Shown: positions 1-9,281, counted from the stretch's first letter. The stretch: 38,717 bases of DNA from a virus (IMGVR_UViG_3300035542_000088:1-38717), one strand, 5' to 3'. Notes: generated by a model from the letters alone, not told the origin. Made by a program: numbers and translations.

Positions 1-715
1 TGCTTACAGCCGGCACCAGTTTTTCAATAACCATTTTTAAAAATTCAGGCTCACGTCCAAGACCCAGATCGTTTATTTTATCTGTAATTCCAAGATAATC
101 CGTTGTCTGTTTCACCTTGCTTATGTTGTATTCGTATTTGTTTCCCCAATCTTTGCGAAGCGAGGACTCAGCTTCCTGCATCTGGCTTTCAATCTGCTTT
201 GATATTCCTTCTGTCGCAGATATAGCCCGCTGTGTATCCCATTCGGCAAGAGCCTTTGCCTGCTCTTTGCTTAAGGATATCTTAGAGGCCAGTTCCTTAA
301 ATTCATTCAGGGCTTCCTTGCTGTACGGAACGTTTTCAGGAAGTTCTGGAACGTCAATCTCATATCCTTCAGCATTACCCGGAACTCCCATGATTTCACG
401 GCGCTTTGCAGCAATCGATTCATCTTTAGATGTCCAGAATTCTTCAAGCTTCTTCCCGACAAGCCCCTTGGTATTGACATAGCTTTTGTTCAGATCAACA
501 ATATTTTTGATCTGTTTAATCGAACTGTGGCTTCCGAGATCATCCGGCAGGGAAGAATAAAACTCATCTTTAAATGATCCGTCAGGATTAATCAGTTTTG
601 TAAAATCCGTTTCTGTAGATTTATTCTCAATAACAGATTTAACCTGTTCGGGATTTTGGTTGTCTTCTGTATTCGTTACTTCATCCGCGACTGCATTGTC
701 GATTACTGTGTCCAT
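1..715 (-). CDS. capsid scaffolding/assembly protein (3' end outside window)
   Basis: Not in the ORF track. Manual translation from ATG at 715: MDTVIDNAVADEV...LPDDLGSHSSIKQIKNIVDLNKSYVNTKGLVG...GVPGNAEGY...LRKDWGNKYE. Acidic, helical, and directly after portal and Bbp19-like genes, as for T7/BPP-1-like scaffolds. Confidence 0.7.
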   Translation of the reverse strand, partial: MDTVIDNAVADEVTNTEDNQNPEQVKSVIENKSTETDFTKLINPDGSFKDEFYSSLPDDLGSHSSIKQIKNIVDLNKSYVNTKGLVGKKLEEFWTSKDESIAAKRREIMGVPGNAEGYEIDVPELPENVPYSKEALNEFKELASKISLSKEQAKALAEWDTQRAISATEGISKQIESQMQEAESSLRKDWGNKYEYNISKVKQTTDYLGITDKINDLGLGREPEFLKMVIEKLVPAVS

Positions 716-717
716 AT

Positions 718-924
718 TTATTTCTCCTTTGTTTCTTTAATCATTGTTATTAAATACAGATATGTATCCCGCTTGCCGTTCTTATACGCCATGTCGACCG
801 GATCGGATGTATCCGTAAACGCTTCCCATCCGCAAACTTCCATGAGATCATTTAAGACCGTTTCACCCTCAGGAGTATCAAATACATACGAATATGCACC
901 TAAAAGTTTTTTGTTTATATTCAT
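718..924 (-). CDS. Bbp19-like small head-region protein
   Basis: YSYVFDTPEGETVLNDL...AYKNGKR pattern; position between portal and scaffold. Confidence 0.7.
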   Translation of the reverse strand: MNINKKLLGAYSYVFDTPEGETVLNDLMEVCGWEAFTDTSDPVDMAYKNGKRDTYLYLITMIKETKEK

Positions 925-2579
925 TACTGCCCCATGATCATTGCTGCAGGACTTCCTTCTTCAGGAGCTTTGCCTCCCTTTAATACGGCGTCCCCGATGT
1001 TAGGAAGGTTGTTAATAAGCTGTTGCTGTTTCTGCGCCTCTGCAGCGGCCTCTCGTTCTTTCTGTACAGTTTCAGGAGATTTAAGAGCATTCATACTTGC
1101 AGAGTTTGCAAACCATGACTGACGGAACAGCTTGTCTCCGTCTACATTTCCCAGCGGCTGAGCCATCTGCGGAACATATTGTGCAAGTTCTGTAAACATC
1201 TGAAGAGTCTGAAATGCACCTGAAACTTCAAAATTCTTTGTGGCCAGTGAAAGCTTTCCTACATATTCAATTTCAAATTCAGGAGAATCTTTAAGCTTGT
1301 CCGGCATTTCGGGAAGCATGTTGCGCTTTGCAAGAACGTAATATACGAAGGAGACAATCTTATTGATAACCTCATCCTGATAACGATTAACAAACGGGGC
1401 AAGCGCCATTAAATCGGTTGACATCCGTTGATTCACCTCGAATGCCGTCATGTTTCTGTATTCGTCAAGTGGACGGAATAAATGGTTGAAGAATATTCTG
1501 CGTATCGCCGCCTCATGCAGTTCAAATATGCTTTGCGCAATTCCAGGGTCTCCGTTCGGAGTAAGTCGTTCCGGCTTCCCAAGGGGACTGTTTGATCTGA
1601 ATTTTACAATTGCACCGGCCCGGTTCGGATTGCTTGTGAATGTTACGCTGTCATCATCAGGAATAAGCCATTGAGGATTTGCGTGGTTTTCTGCCGAGAT
1701 AAGCATTGATTTATAAATTGAGTTTGTCCGCCTTGCAGTCGAAAGGGACATGCTCATAGGCCCTCTTCCGTAATCTTCACAGTTTCCTATAGAAAATCTG
1801 CCGACAAAATAGGGCATGTAATCATATCCGCCCTCTTTAATAATCTGTTTTGTTTTGCTGCTTATATAAACAGACGCAAACGGCTTGTTTTCTTTATTTA
1901 TCTTGCTTGGATCATATTCGGAGCGCTTGCGTACAATATGAATCACTCCGTATTTGCTGTCATATTTTTCATTTCCAGATCTCATGATATCAATAATTTC
2001 ATCAAGAGACGCCTGCTTAAGTTCTTCTTTGCTGAACTCCTGTATCATCTGTCGGGCTGTTAGATTCATTTCACGTCCTACCGTATCAACCCGCCCCTTG
2101 TTATCCAGCATGATCCTGAAATCCGATACAGTAAAGCTTTTGAACCGTACGATACTGTCGTCATCTTCTTCCCCGTACATGCAGTTTGTGCCGAAACATC
2201 CTAAATCAAGAAGCGCTTCCTGCTGTTCCTGTGCAAAATTGCTTTCAATAATCACTCCGTGAATCAACCGGCTTACCCTCTCGTAGTAATCCGCAACCTC
2301 TTCATCGTCCATCATTGACGGAACCGGATGTTTTATTTTAGCCCATACAGTCTGAGACGGGAACATATAGCTGAAAAATCCTGATGCAAAATTCCAGTTT
2401 GCTTCTACACAGGTGTCAATCATTCTCTGTGCAGGTTTTTCCATCCCCTGTACACGAATACTTGTAATGTTGTCTTTGCGCGGAAGGCACCAGTCCGCAG
2501 ATTCCTGCCACATTTTTTCCCAGTTCGAGGCATTGTCATTCATTGACTTCCACAATTTGAAGTAATTAGAGCCGTCCAT
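924..2579 (-). CDS. portal (head-to-tail connector), T7 gp8/Bbp21 type
   Basis: 551 aa; WQESADWCLP, DLGCFGT, YGRGP, MTAFEVNQR and EIEYVGKL motifs typical of this portal family. Confidence 0.92.
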   Translation of the reverse strand: MDGSNYFKLWKSMNDNASNWEKMWQESADWCLPRKDNITSIRVQGMEKPAQRMIDTCVEANWNFASGFFSYMFPSQTVWAKIKHPVPSMMDDEEVADYYERVSRLIHGVIIESNFAQEQQEALLDLGCFGTNCMYGEEDDDSIVRFKSFTVSDFRIMLDNKGRVDTVGREMNLTARQMIQEFSKEELKQASLDEIIDIMRSGNEKYDSKYGVIHIVRKRSEYDPSKINKENKPFASVYISSKTKQIIKEGGYDYMPYFVGRFSIGNCEDYGRGPMSMSLSTARRTNSIYKSMLISAENHANPQWLIPDDDSVTFTSNPNRAGAIVKFRSNSPLGKPERLTPNGDPGIAQSIFELHEAAIRRIFFNHLFRPLDEYRNMTAFEVNQRMSTDLMALAPFVNRYQDEVINKIVSFVYYVLAKRNMLPEMPDKLKDSPEFEIEYVGKLSLATKNFEVSGAFQTLQMFTELAQYVPQMAQPLGNVDGDKLFRQSWFANSASMNALKSPETVQKEREAAAEAQKQQQLINNLPNIGDAVLKGGKAPEEGSPAAMIMGQ

Positions 2580-2794
2580 TATTCACCAAGAAGGGTTTTT
2601 ATCGCTGTGTCTGCAGGGTTTACCTTTTTTGTCAAAAGGGTTGACATCCGCCCGCTGCTTGAAAGAATCCGCCGTTTTTCAGCGGTTTGAGCCTGCTGTA
2701 CATCCGCAGATGTTTCTGTCGGTGCAGGTGCAGGAGATATCGGTTCCGGCGATGATATTTTTGTTGCTTTCTTCGGTGACAGTGCTGATCCCAT
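2579..2794 (-). CDS. small virion-associated protein upstream of portal
   Basis: 71 aa, MG start, Pro/Ala-rich, GRxSTLLT...KTLLG end typical of the pre-portal small protein of BPP-1-like podoviruses. Confidence 0.65.
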   Translation of the reverse strand: MGSALSPKKATKISSPEPISPAPAPTETSADVQQAQTAEKRRILSSSGRMSTLLTKKVNPADTAIKTLLGE

Positions 2795-3128
2795 GGTATA
2801 ATCTCCTTTTCAATTCATCCATTCTGTACGTTTTCCACTCTCCCCGCCTCTCAAACGCAACAAAAGGAAGATCAAACGGCGCAATTGCGAATATTCGTTT
2901 TATATTTCCTGCGAAGTAATGTATTACCCATACATCAAATTTGTCAAGAGTTTTATTTATACTTTGTTCAAATAACATATCAATCGAATACGGATATGCC
3001 AAAACAAAAATATCATCTCCGCTATAGACATACCTGTTCGGTTCAAAAAATTCAGCAACCATCGAATCAAAACGTGGACCGTAAAATTTCTTTGCGTGAT
3101 CTATCGGCCTAGACGATGATGTATTCAT
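2679..3128 (-). CDS. hypothetical protein between terminase and portal
   Basis: 149 aa ORF coupled to the terL end; its C-terminal ~38 aa overlap the next gene. Confidence 0.55.
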   Translation of the reverse strand: MNTSSSRPIDHAKKFYGPRFDSMVAEFFEPNRYVYSGDDIFVLAYPYSIDMLFEQSINKTLDKFDVWVIHYFAGNIKRIFAIAPFDLPFVAFERRGEWKTYRMDELKRRLYHGISTVTEESNKNIIAGTDISCTCTDRNICGCTAGSNR

Positions 3129-4536
3129 TATCCCATTCCATTTTTGTTTTTCTTTTCGGCCTGTTGACGATATACGGTTCTACAAGACCAAGATGGCGGG
3201 CCATCGACATCATTCTTACACTGTCTGCTCCGTGACTTGCCCCGCTGCATATCACACAATTGTTCCTGTGACACGGCTTTCCGGTAGATTCACTTGCATG
3301 ATACCGGCTTAAATGCCCGAAAAGACGCCTGCATGAATCCATATCCAGATGAAATTTCTTAAAATCCCTTCTGACAATCTCGATATCGTTGATGACGAGA
3401 TCACTCTTCGGGACATACCTGAAATCAAGTCCGTACATGCTTTTTGCTGTCTCTGCCATTCCTTCTCCGGTCCACGTATTTGATCGTTTCCCGTCATGCG
3501 GGATGAAGTGTCCCCCGTACCGGTACGGTTTTGTTGACATGTAATCTATGTAATGCCCGCGAAGTTTTCCGGTATTTTCATAATAATCGATAATAAACAC
3601 ATCGCTGTCACAGCTGTCCATCTGCGCAAAAGTAATTGTTGTTTTATCGCTGTCAAGCCGTACGCCGCCTAAATCCCAGAATGTATAAACAGGTTTCTCA
3701 GGATTCCATTCTGCTTTCGTACGCCCCTGGATCTTCATTTCGCTAAGTTCAAAGCTGTAGTAACTTCCCTCAACATGACTGACCGCTTCATTAAGATATT
3801 CCTGCCTTGCCAGCGAATAGCTCATCCCTGAATCAACTTCCCATTGAATGTTCCTGAATGGTTTCCCGGTAATCGGATCAATTTTTCCTTCAAGCTCAGG
3901 ATTTATGCAGATTTTATATTCTTCAGGATAGCTTTCCGGCGTTATCCAGTAGTACGCTTTTGTATCTTCCGGTGTAAGCCACTCCGTATACCATCCCGCT
4001 ACATGTTTATTTCTCTGGATATCTTTGTACAGATGGTTATCCATGCCACGCATGGTTCCGTTGAATATGCTCCATCCATCATTCTGTCTCAGAATCGGCC
4101 TGATAAAGTCGTAAATCTCAGGCTTGTGCGACTGCCACTCAGTAAAAATAAATCCCCGTCCGTCGTTCCCGAATACTTTTCCCCCGTCTGTTCCTTTCAT
4201 TCTGATTATTGATCCGTTGATAAGCTGAACATAATGATCCTGATTATGCTTCCTTACGACGTATTCAGGCGGGCATAGAAGATCAACCATATATCCGCTT
4301 TTACCGTCAATAGTCGTTATGTTATCCCATAGAATTTCTTTACCAAGCTCAAGCGTCGGGAAGCAATAGTAATATGTTCCAACAACTTTTAAAGCCTCTC
4401 TGACCGTATAGCTGAAACAGGTTACATCTTTTCCTCCTCGACGATGATTGCTAAGAATTGCGTGTTTCGCCCCGCTGTCCATTGCATTCCAGAAAGGAAG
4501 CTGGTACGGCCTAGGAGTGATTACAGGAATCTTCAT
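3109..4536 (-). CDS. terL: terminase large subunit
   Basis: PRPYQ, HRRGGKD (Walker A), FIFTEW, NGT coupling motif, RQEY, FWDLG nuclease motif, SHGADSVR. Start moved to ATG 4536, which has an AAGGA RBS. Confidence 0.93.
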   Translation of the reverse strand: MKIPVITPRPYQLPFWNAMDSGAKHAILSNHRRGGKDVTCFSYTVREALKVVGTYYYCFPTLELGKEILWDNITTIDGKSGYMVDLLCPPEYVVRKHNQDHYVQLINGSIIRMKGTDGGKVFGNDGRGFIFTEWQSHKPEIYDFIRPILRQNDGWSIFNGTMRGMDNHLYKDIQRNKHVAGWYTEWLTPEDTKAYYWITPESYPEEYKICINPELEGKIDPITGKPFRNIQWEVDSGMSYSLARQEYLNEAVSHVEGSYYSFELSEMKIQGRTKAEWNPEKPVYTFWDLGGVRLDSDKTTITFAQMDSCDSDVFIIDYYENTGKLRGHYIDYMSTKPYRYGGHFIPHDGKRSNTWTGEGMAETAKSMYGLDFRYVPKSDLVINDIEIVRRDFKKFHLDMDSCRRLFGHLSRYHASESTGKPCHRNNCVICSGASHGADSVRMMSMARHLGLVEPYIVNRPKRKTKMEWDNEYIIV

Positions 4537-4954
4537 TCGCTTCCTTAATCTCCAGATCAATCATTTTTTTTGCCAGCTTCAGAAGATCGTAGCTTTTCGG
4601 AAGAGCGTCCTTGAAGTCTATCAGTTCTATGCTTATATCCCTGTCCGCAGCCTTCAGGCCATAGATGTCTTTGAACTGCGCAAGTTCAGCAGCCGTAAGT
4701 GATCCGTCCATAAGCTTTCCATCAAGAAATCTTGTCAGCTCTTCTGATCGTTCTTCGTTCGTGAGAAGCCTGCCTTTGCTTTTAACAAGGTTTTTCTTTT
4801 CCCATTTCTTACGCTCTGCGCTGATTCCTTCTTTTTCCCAGAATTTTCCGTATTTTACTACATCGCTCCAGATTACCCTGGCAAGTGTATTAGCCTCTGA
4901 GTTTCCTATGTCTGTATTATTCTTTATCGTAGCATATATGCTCTGCTGATTCAC
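4511..4954 (-). CDS. putative terminase small subunit
   Basis: 147 aa helical protein immediately upstream of and overlapping terL; positional inference. Confidence 0.5.
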   Translation of the reverse strand: MNQQSIYATIKNNTDIGNSEANTLARVIWSDVVKYGKFWEKEGISAERKKWEKKNLVKSKGRLLTNEERSEELTRFLDGKLMDGSLTAAELAQFKDIYGLKAADRDISIELIDFKDALPKSYDLLKLAKKMIDLEIKEANEDSCNHS

Positions 4955-5008
4955 TATACCGCCCTGTTTATATTTTATACCGTATTCTTAATCATAATCA
5001 AAAATAAG

Positions 5009-5087
5009 TTGTCCGGGTAAAGGCTTTAAGGATGCCGGACTCACCCCAAAAGGCCGGTGATGAAAGTACCGGTAAGCCTTCTGACAA
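5009..5087 (-). other. structured non-coding element (nested stems) upstream of packaging genes
   Basis: TTGTC 5009-13/GACAA 5083-87, AAGGCTT 5020-26/AAGCCTT 5074-80, CCGGT 5054-58/ACCGG 5068-72. Confidence 0.4.
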
Positions 5088-5262
5088 GTTCTCATCTATG
5101 ATAAATTTTTCCTCAGGTCAAGCAATTTCCTGCTCCTGTTTTCCTTGAGTCTCATTTTTTTCTCCCTTTTTGTACTCACTGCATTTGTTTTCAGGATGGT
5201 CTGCAGGACAATCACCGCATCGATCCTCTTTTTCCCAGCATTTCATTCCTCTTTCCACATGT

Positions 5263-5505
5263 CTATTCATAGTCATACCCACATTCTTCTTTTTCTTCCG
5301 CTAACTCAGTTCCGCTTTTTATCGCCCCTCTTCCAATGAGTCTCTCAAGCCCGTTTATCCCATCCTGTTTTATCCGCTGTATGAATATCCATCCCATTAG
5401 TTCCTCAAGATCATCACTAAGCCCCCTCTCTATTGCCTTTTTTACTGTCGATTCCCGGCAATAGGCCGCTTTCGCTATCTCTAAACTGCTGTATCTCTGT
5501 TTCAT
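5263..5505 (-). CDS. small putative DNA-binding (HTH-like) protein
   Basis: MKQRYSSLEIAKAAYCRESTVKKAIERG resembles an HTH. The track's upstream extension to 5760 crosses repeats and is probably non-coding. Confidence 0.5.
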   Translation of the reverse strand: MKQRYSSLEIAKAAYCRESTVKKAIERGLSDDLEELMGWIFIQRIKQDGINGLERLIGRGAIKSGTELAEEKEECGYDYE

Positions 5506-5520
5506 ATCGTGCACCCTAGA

Positions 5521-5639
5521 CGACATTTGTCGCCTTTTCAATAAAATTTTACTTCTCTTTTTTTCAAATTCGACGACATTTGTCGTATTCCAAAGCGACA
5601 TTTGTCGCCTTTTTGCCTCCCAAATAGTGACATTTGTCG
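5521..5639. repeat. four palindromic (C/T)GACATTTGTCG sites
   Basis: Copies at 5521, 5574, 5596 and 5628 (CGACA-TT-TGTCG), separated by T-tracts. Confidence 0.9.
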
Positions 5640-5832
5640 CCTTTTCCGAATTTTCAGTTTTTGTATGGGGGTTGTAACCCCCCATCCCGCCAGCAAACAA
5701 CCCCCGACGGCACCCCCCCTTAGCCCCCCCCTGTAAAACGACGGGGTACGGGGTGATCATATTAGCCGGTTAAGCGCCCTGAGGGGCCGCAGGAGCGCGT
5801 TTGATAGCAAACAGGTATGCTTACAGCCTTGA

Positions 5833-5994
5833 GGTGCACCGGCACCCTGACGGCAAGCGAGTGGCTCCTGCGGCACACCGGAGCTGCGCAGGCACCAAGC
5901 GGGCATGGTTGCGGCATTATACTGCTGATACACTGAGGGTAGACTGCTGATAGACTGCAGCACACTGCGGTGCACCGGCACCCTGACGGCAAGC
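5833..5994. repeat. 26-bp perfect direct repeat GGTGCACCGGCACCCTGACGGCAAGC
   Basis: Copies at 5833-5858 and 5969-5994. Confidence 0.9.
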
Positions 5995-6300
5995 TCCGGT
6001 GGCGATCGGCAGCCACGCCAGCCACCGCTCTATGGGCAATCTACTGCTCGTTGTGTTGATAACTGGCATTATACCTTATAGTACGCGTGTAATATAGTGG
6101 TAACTGCCTTCTCCCCGGGCAGGGCGGGGGGTTGCAACAGCAATTATTTTTTACATATGGGTTTTGCTGGTAGTGGTTGTTATATACATCAGTTACCCGG
6201 TTGACTATCCGGGTGCCGTGTTGGTATCAGTGCACCGATATTGATCTGGTCTATCCTGATACATGCTGACGCGCGGTTAACGACTGCCTGATTTATCTCA

Positions 6301-6353
6301 TTTTTGCGAAATTCTCATTCTTGTTTTTGCGAAATTCTTGTTTTTGCGAAATT
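6301..6353. repeat. three TTTTTGCGAAATT direct repeats
   Basis: Copies at 6301, 6324 and 6341. Confidence 0.85.
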
Positions 6354-6532
6354 GCGGCGTGTTTGGCTTGTCTGGGTTGGACTGCATATTGTGTTGTATG
6401 GGTTTTTTGGGGTTAATCATACTGCATATTGTGGTGGGGCCGATTGTGCTTATGTTTGGCACGTTGTTTGCTTATGTTGTTGGCATGATATACGACGATA
6501 ATTTAATGAGCAAAAAAAATAAAAAATAAATC

Positions 6533-6560
6533 TTGCCGTGTATATATGCTTATGTAGTGT
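6533..6560 (+). promoter_or_regulatory. early sigma70-like promoter with GTATATA motif
   Basis: TTGCCG-16-TAGTGT with an A-rich UP region, ahead of the first early gene. Confidence 0.5.
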
Positions 6561-6594
6561 AGGCAATAGATGGAACAAAAAAAGGAGAAATAAA

Positions 6595-6879
6595 ATGTAC
6601 AGTGCAATAAAAACTAATGCGATTAACGAAGCCGCGGCACGCGAAGAGTTTGGTGACACCGCAGTGGATTACCTGCTGACGATAAATTGTGATTTTACTA
6701 ATCGGGTAATCGGCCGCTGCTATGGCGTGACTGAAATGAGTGCATCGATTGAGGCGCCTGACAAGAGCGGCGAAGAAAGGACGCTTGAGGTGCTGTATTT
6801 GGTGGACAGTGACAGTCTGGCGGACTGTGACGATCTAGGCAGTCTGGACTACTCAGATTATACATTTGTCCTCGACTAG
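6595..6879 (+). CDS. early hypothetical protein (acidic)
   Basis: AAGGAG RBS before ATG 6595. Confidence 0.7.
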   Translation: MYSAIKTNAINEAAAREEFGDTAVDYLLTINCDFTNRVIGRCYGVTEMSASIEAPDKSGEERTLEVLYLVDSDSLADCDDLGSLDYSDYTFVLD

Positions 6880-6940
6880 GAACTATGAGCGACGCCCGTC
6901 CGGATGACACGCAATACTAACCAAATGAAAGGGAGAAGTT

Positions 6941-7240
6941 ATGAAAACCACGGAAAAACGCAAGTTTACAACGGCGGACATTATCACGAGCAAGCCGTTA
7001 TTCGATCGGGATAAAACCATGTACTATTTACCGGTAGACACGGCGGATTTGACTGTCAAAGAATTAGACTGGCAGCGGCGCGGACTTATGCAAACCGCCA
7101 GCGGGTACGGCAGAAAACTAACTACACGGTACACGGTACACTTTAACGGACGGGCACGGCGCGTTTATTGTTGCTGCCAGTCTAATTCCGGCACGTGCTA
7201 TATTATACACGACGGGAACTGGCTTATTTTAAACGTTTAA
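6941..7240 (+). CDS. early hypothetical protein
   Basis: GGGAG RBS; TASGYGRKLTTRY...RRVYCC...SNSGTCYI pattern recalled from phage early proteins. Confidence 0.75.
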   Translation: MKTTEKRKFTTADIITSKPLFDRDKTMYYLPVDTADLTVKELDWQRRGLMQTASGYGRKLTTRYTVHFNGRARRVYCCCQSNSGTCYIIHDGNWLILNV

Positions 7241-7260
7241 CCAAAGGAAAGGGTGCAAAC

Positions 7261-7557
7261 ATGAAAAGCTGTAAAAACTGTGAAAACTGGATCAGCGCTA
7301 CCGCTGAATGTGCGATCATGCTCAAACTAACGCAACAGGATTTAATGCACGCCGGTATAGGCTCTTGCCGCACGGCATGGGCGCACGGGTACGTGTCACG
7401 GAGAAGTGACCCAAAAGACAGGCATTTGCAATTTACCCATAGGCTAAAACTTGCTTTTGTGTGTGTCCCATCGTGGAAATCCTCTTATTATTGCGTGCGG
7501 CAATATTACAATTATGCCGCATGTATAGAACTTGCAAAGAAAGAGGACTGCAAATGA
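7261..7557 (+). CDS. early hypothetical protein
   Basis: ATG 7261 after a purine-rich RBS; CxxC near the N-terminus. Confidence 0.6.
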   Translation: MKSCKNCENWISATAECAIMLKLTQQDLMHAGIGSCRTAWAHGYVSRRSDPKDRHLQFTHRLKLAFVCVPSWKSSYYCVRQYYNYAACIELAKKEDCK

Positions 7558-7649
7558 GAGACTTCCTTCTATCCTGCCTCACTGGCTTAATTTTAGGCAT
7601 GCTATGCGCCTTATCTGCAATCTATCTGTAAGGACTGTTTAAACGAAAG

Positions 7650-7924
7650 GCCCCGCAAAGGGGAGAAAGAAAAGGCTAAATCATGACCACCATAATAAAA
7701 TTACTACCCCATAACCTTCGTCTTGTGACTGACTCGCAGGGTACAGAACGTATCCGGGAAGAGGTAGGAGAGCCGGCAGCCGGTTATGACTCCTTTTTCG
7801 TAAGGGAAGAGCAAGGGGAGCAAGGGGAGCTTGCGGCCGTTTGGGGGTTTTGTGGAATAGTCCCGTACCTGTCTAAACTCGTTACTAAATTGAAATAAGA
7901 GCCCCGCAAAGGGAAGAAAGAAAA
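7650..7924 (+). repeat. intergenic direct repeat GCCCCGCAAAGGG(G/A)AGAAAGAAAA (small hairpin plus purine run)
   Basis: 7650-7673 and 7901-7924, 23/24 identical, flanking gene 7683-7898. Confidence 0.85.
7683..7898 (+). CDS. early hypothetical protein
   Basis: 71 aa ORF in the early operon. Confidence 0.65.
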   Translation: MTTIIKLLPHNLRLVTDSQGTERIREEVGEPAAGYDSFFVREEQGEQGELAAVWGFCGIVPYLSKLVTKLK

Positions 7925-7946
7925 ATAAAAAGGGAGAAAAATAATA

Positions 7947-8231
7947 ATGAAAAAATTAAATCAAAAAATAAATGTATCAAATATGATTAGCGCAAACGGG
8001 AACACGATCCCTAATCAATTTATAATCCATACAGAAAACGGCTGGTTTTTCCAGAGCTACCAGTCTGTAATTGCGTTTCGTGACAATGATAACAATATTT
8101 ATTTAGATAAAAATAAATGGGACTATTCGCGTACTACAGGGAAATACCGTAACCAGTTTCTTTGCGAGACTAAAAAAGATACGGAAGGAAAAATAGAGTC
8201 CGGTGAATATAAATTAATTGACTTGAATTAA
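7947..8231 (+). CDS. conserved phage hypothetical protein
   Basis: NQFII...FQSYQSVIA...WDYSRTTGKYRNQFL motif recalled from many phage early regions; GGGAG RBS. Confidence 0.8.
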   Translation: MKKLNQKINVSNMISANGNTIPNQFIIHTENGWFFQSYQSVIAFRDNDNNIYLDKNKWDYSRTTGKYRNQFLCETKKDTEGKIESGEYKLIDLN

Positions 8232-8243
8232 GGGACATAGACT

Positions 8244-8471
8244 ATGAAAAAGGCAATACAATATGCGTATCCCACTAGTGTTACGGCGGAATACCTAGGG
8301 CACGGAAAAGACGGGTGTTACTACGTTACTATGCATGGAACAGATCCTCTTCGATTGAAGGCTAAAATTATTTCCCATGCGGTAAAATTAAGAGACTGCC
8401 TTGAAGAAGCGAAAAAGATAGACGCAAACTGGTTTGTTTATTGTGGGAAAATATTAAATGGAGAAAAATAA
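8244..8471 (+). CDS. early hypothetical protein
   Basis: 75 aa ORF with AGGGA RBS. Confidence 0.65.
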   Translation: MKKAIQYAYPTSVTAEYLGHGKDGCYYVTMHGTDPLRLKAKIISHAVKLRDCLEEAKKIDANWFVYCGKILNGEK

Positions 8472-8526
8472 AATTAAAAGTCTAAAAGAAAAAAACACTT
8501 AATAAGTTTAAAGAGGAGTTTTTGAG

Positions 8527-8847
8527 ATGAAAAATAAATATCCAATTGACAGAGAATCTCTAGCGGACTGCTATAAGGATATCATTGAGCACGATATAAG
8601 GCCGGTTAATCCAGTGCTCGTTTATAATTACGATACAGGGCGTTTTGACATCCAATCAAATTTAAATCCCATGAACGAAAATGAGCATATTATCAGCGGA
8701 CAGCTGGATACAAGCGACGGATTGGGGGATTTTCTGGGGGATTTAACGTCCGAAGAATGCAATGAATTTGTCGCTGGTATGTCTGACGATTATATAATCG
8801 AATATGTATTAGGCGATATGTTTATTGATCAAAAAAAAAGGGACTAA
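8527..8847 (+). CDS. early hypothetical protein (strongly acidic)
   Basis: AGGAG RBS; Asp/Glu-rich. Confidence 0.7.
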   Translation: MKNKYPIDRESLADCYKDIIEHDIRPVNPVLVYNYDTGRFDIQSNLNPMNENEHIISGQLDTSDGLGDFLGDLTSEECNEFVAGMSDDYIIEYVLGDMFIDQKKRD

Positions 8848-8856
8848 GAGTAAAAA

Positions 8857-9210
8857 ATGAAAAACATGACGACGGTTAAAAAAGAGCTGATGGGCGATGG
8901 ATTTAAAATTCAGCCAATGGAATGGCTGGGAGACTTTTACGCCGTTCAAAAAGATCATGAGGGGGACGGAATACGCGCCAGATTCACTTTTGGGGCGCAG
9001 CTGGGGGCAAAGGGCAAGCCGCTTGAATCAATTTTAGTCAGCGTATTTCCCTTGTTTAACGCAGAACGGTCGCTCTGCGTAAATGGGTCTCGCGCCCGGG
9101 AATTCCAGGCCGCGAAGAAAATTTCCGCGACGTATCCTAGTGTGGTTGTCAGATCCTGCGGGCGGACCTCTGCTGTTTTCAAGGCCGGTCATTTTGTGGA
9201 TAAATTTTGA
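8857..9210 (+). CDS. hypothetical protein
   Basis: 117 aa ORF in operon order. Confidence 0.6.
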   Translation: MKNMTTVKKELMGDGFKIQPMEWLGDFYAVQKDHEGDGIRARFTFGAQLGAKGKPLESILVSVFPLFNAERSLCVNGSRAREFQAAKKISATYPSVVVRSCGRTSAVFKAGHFVDKF

Positions 9211-9281
9211 CTCGCAGGTAATGCCGCGCTAGGCTACCGGCAGCGGAATTTTGTAATGTAGTTTATTTAAGGAGTTGAAAG

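Noticed and set aside
5506-6529. Track ORFs across the divergent region (5263-5760 extension, 5757-5981, 5762-6025, 6304-6501, 6338-6529)
   Set aside because: They translate repeats and low-complexity DNA, lack RBSs and give implausible proteins.
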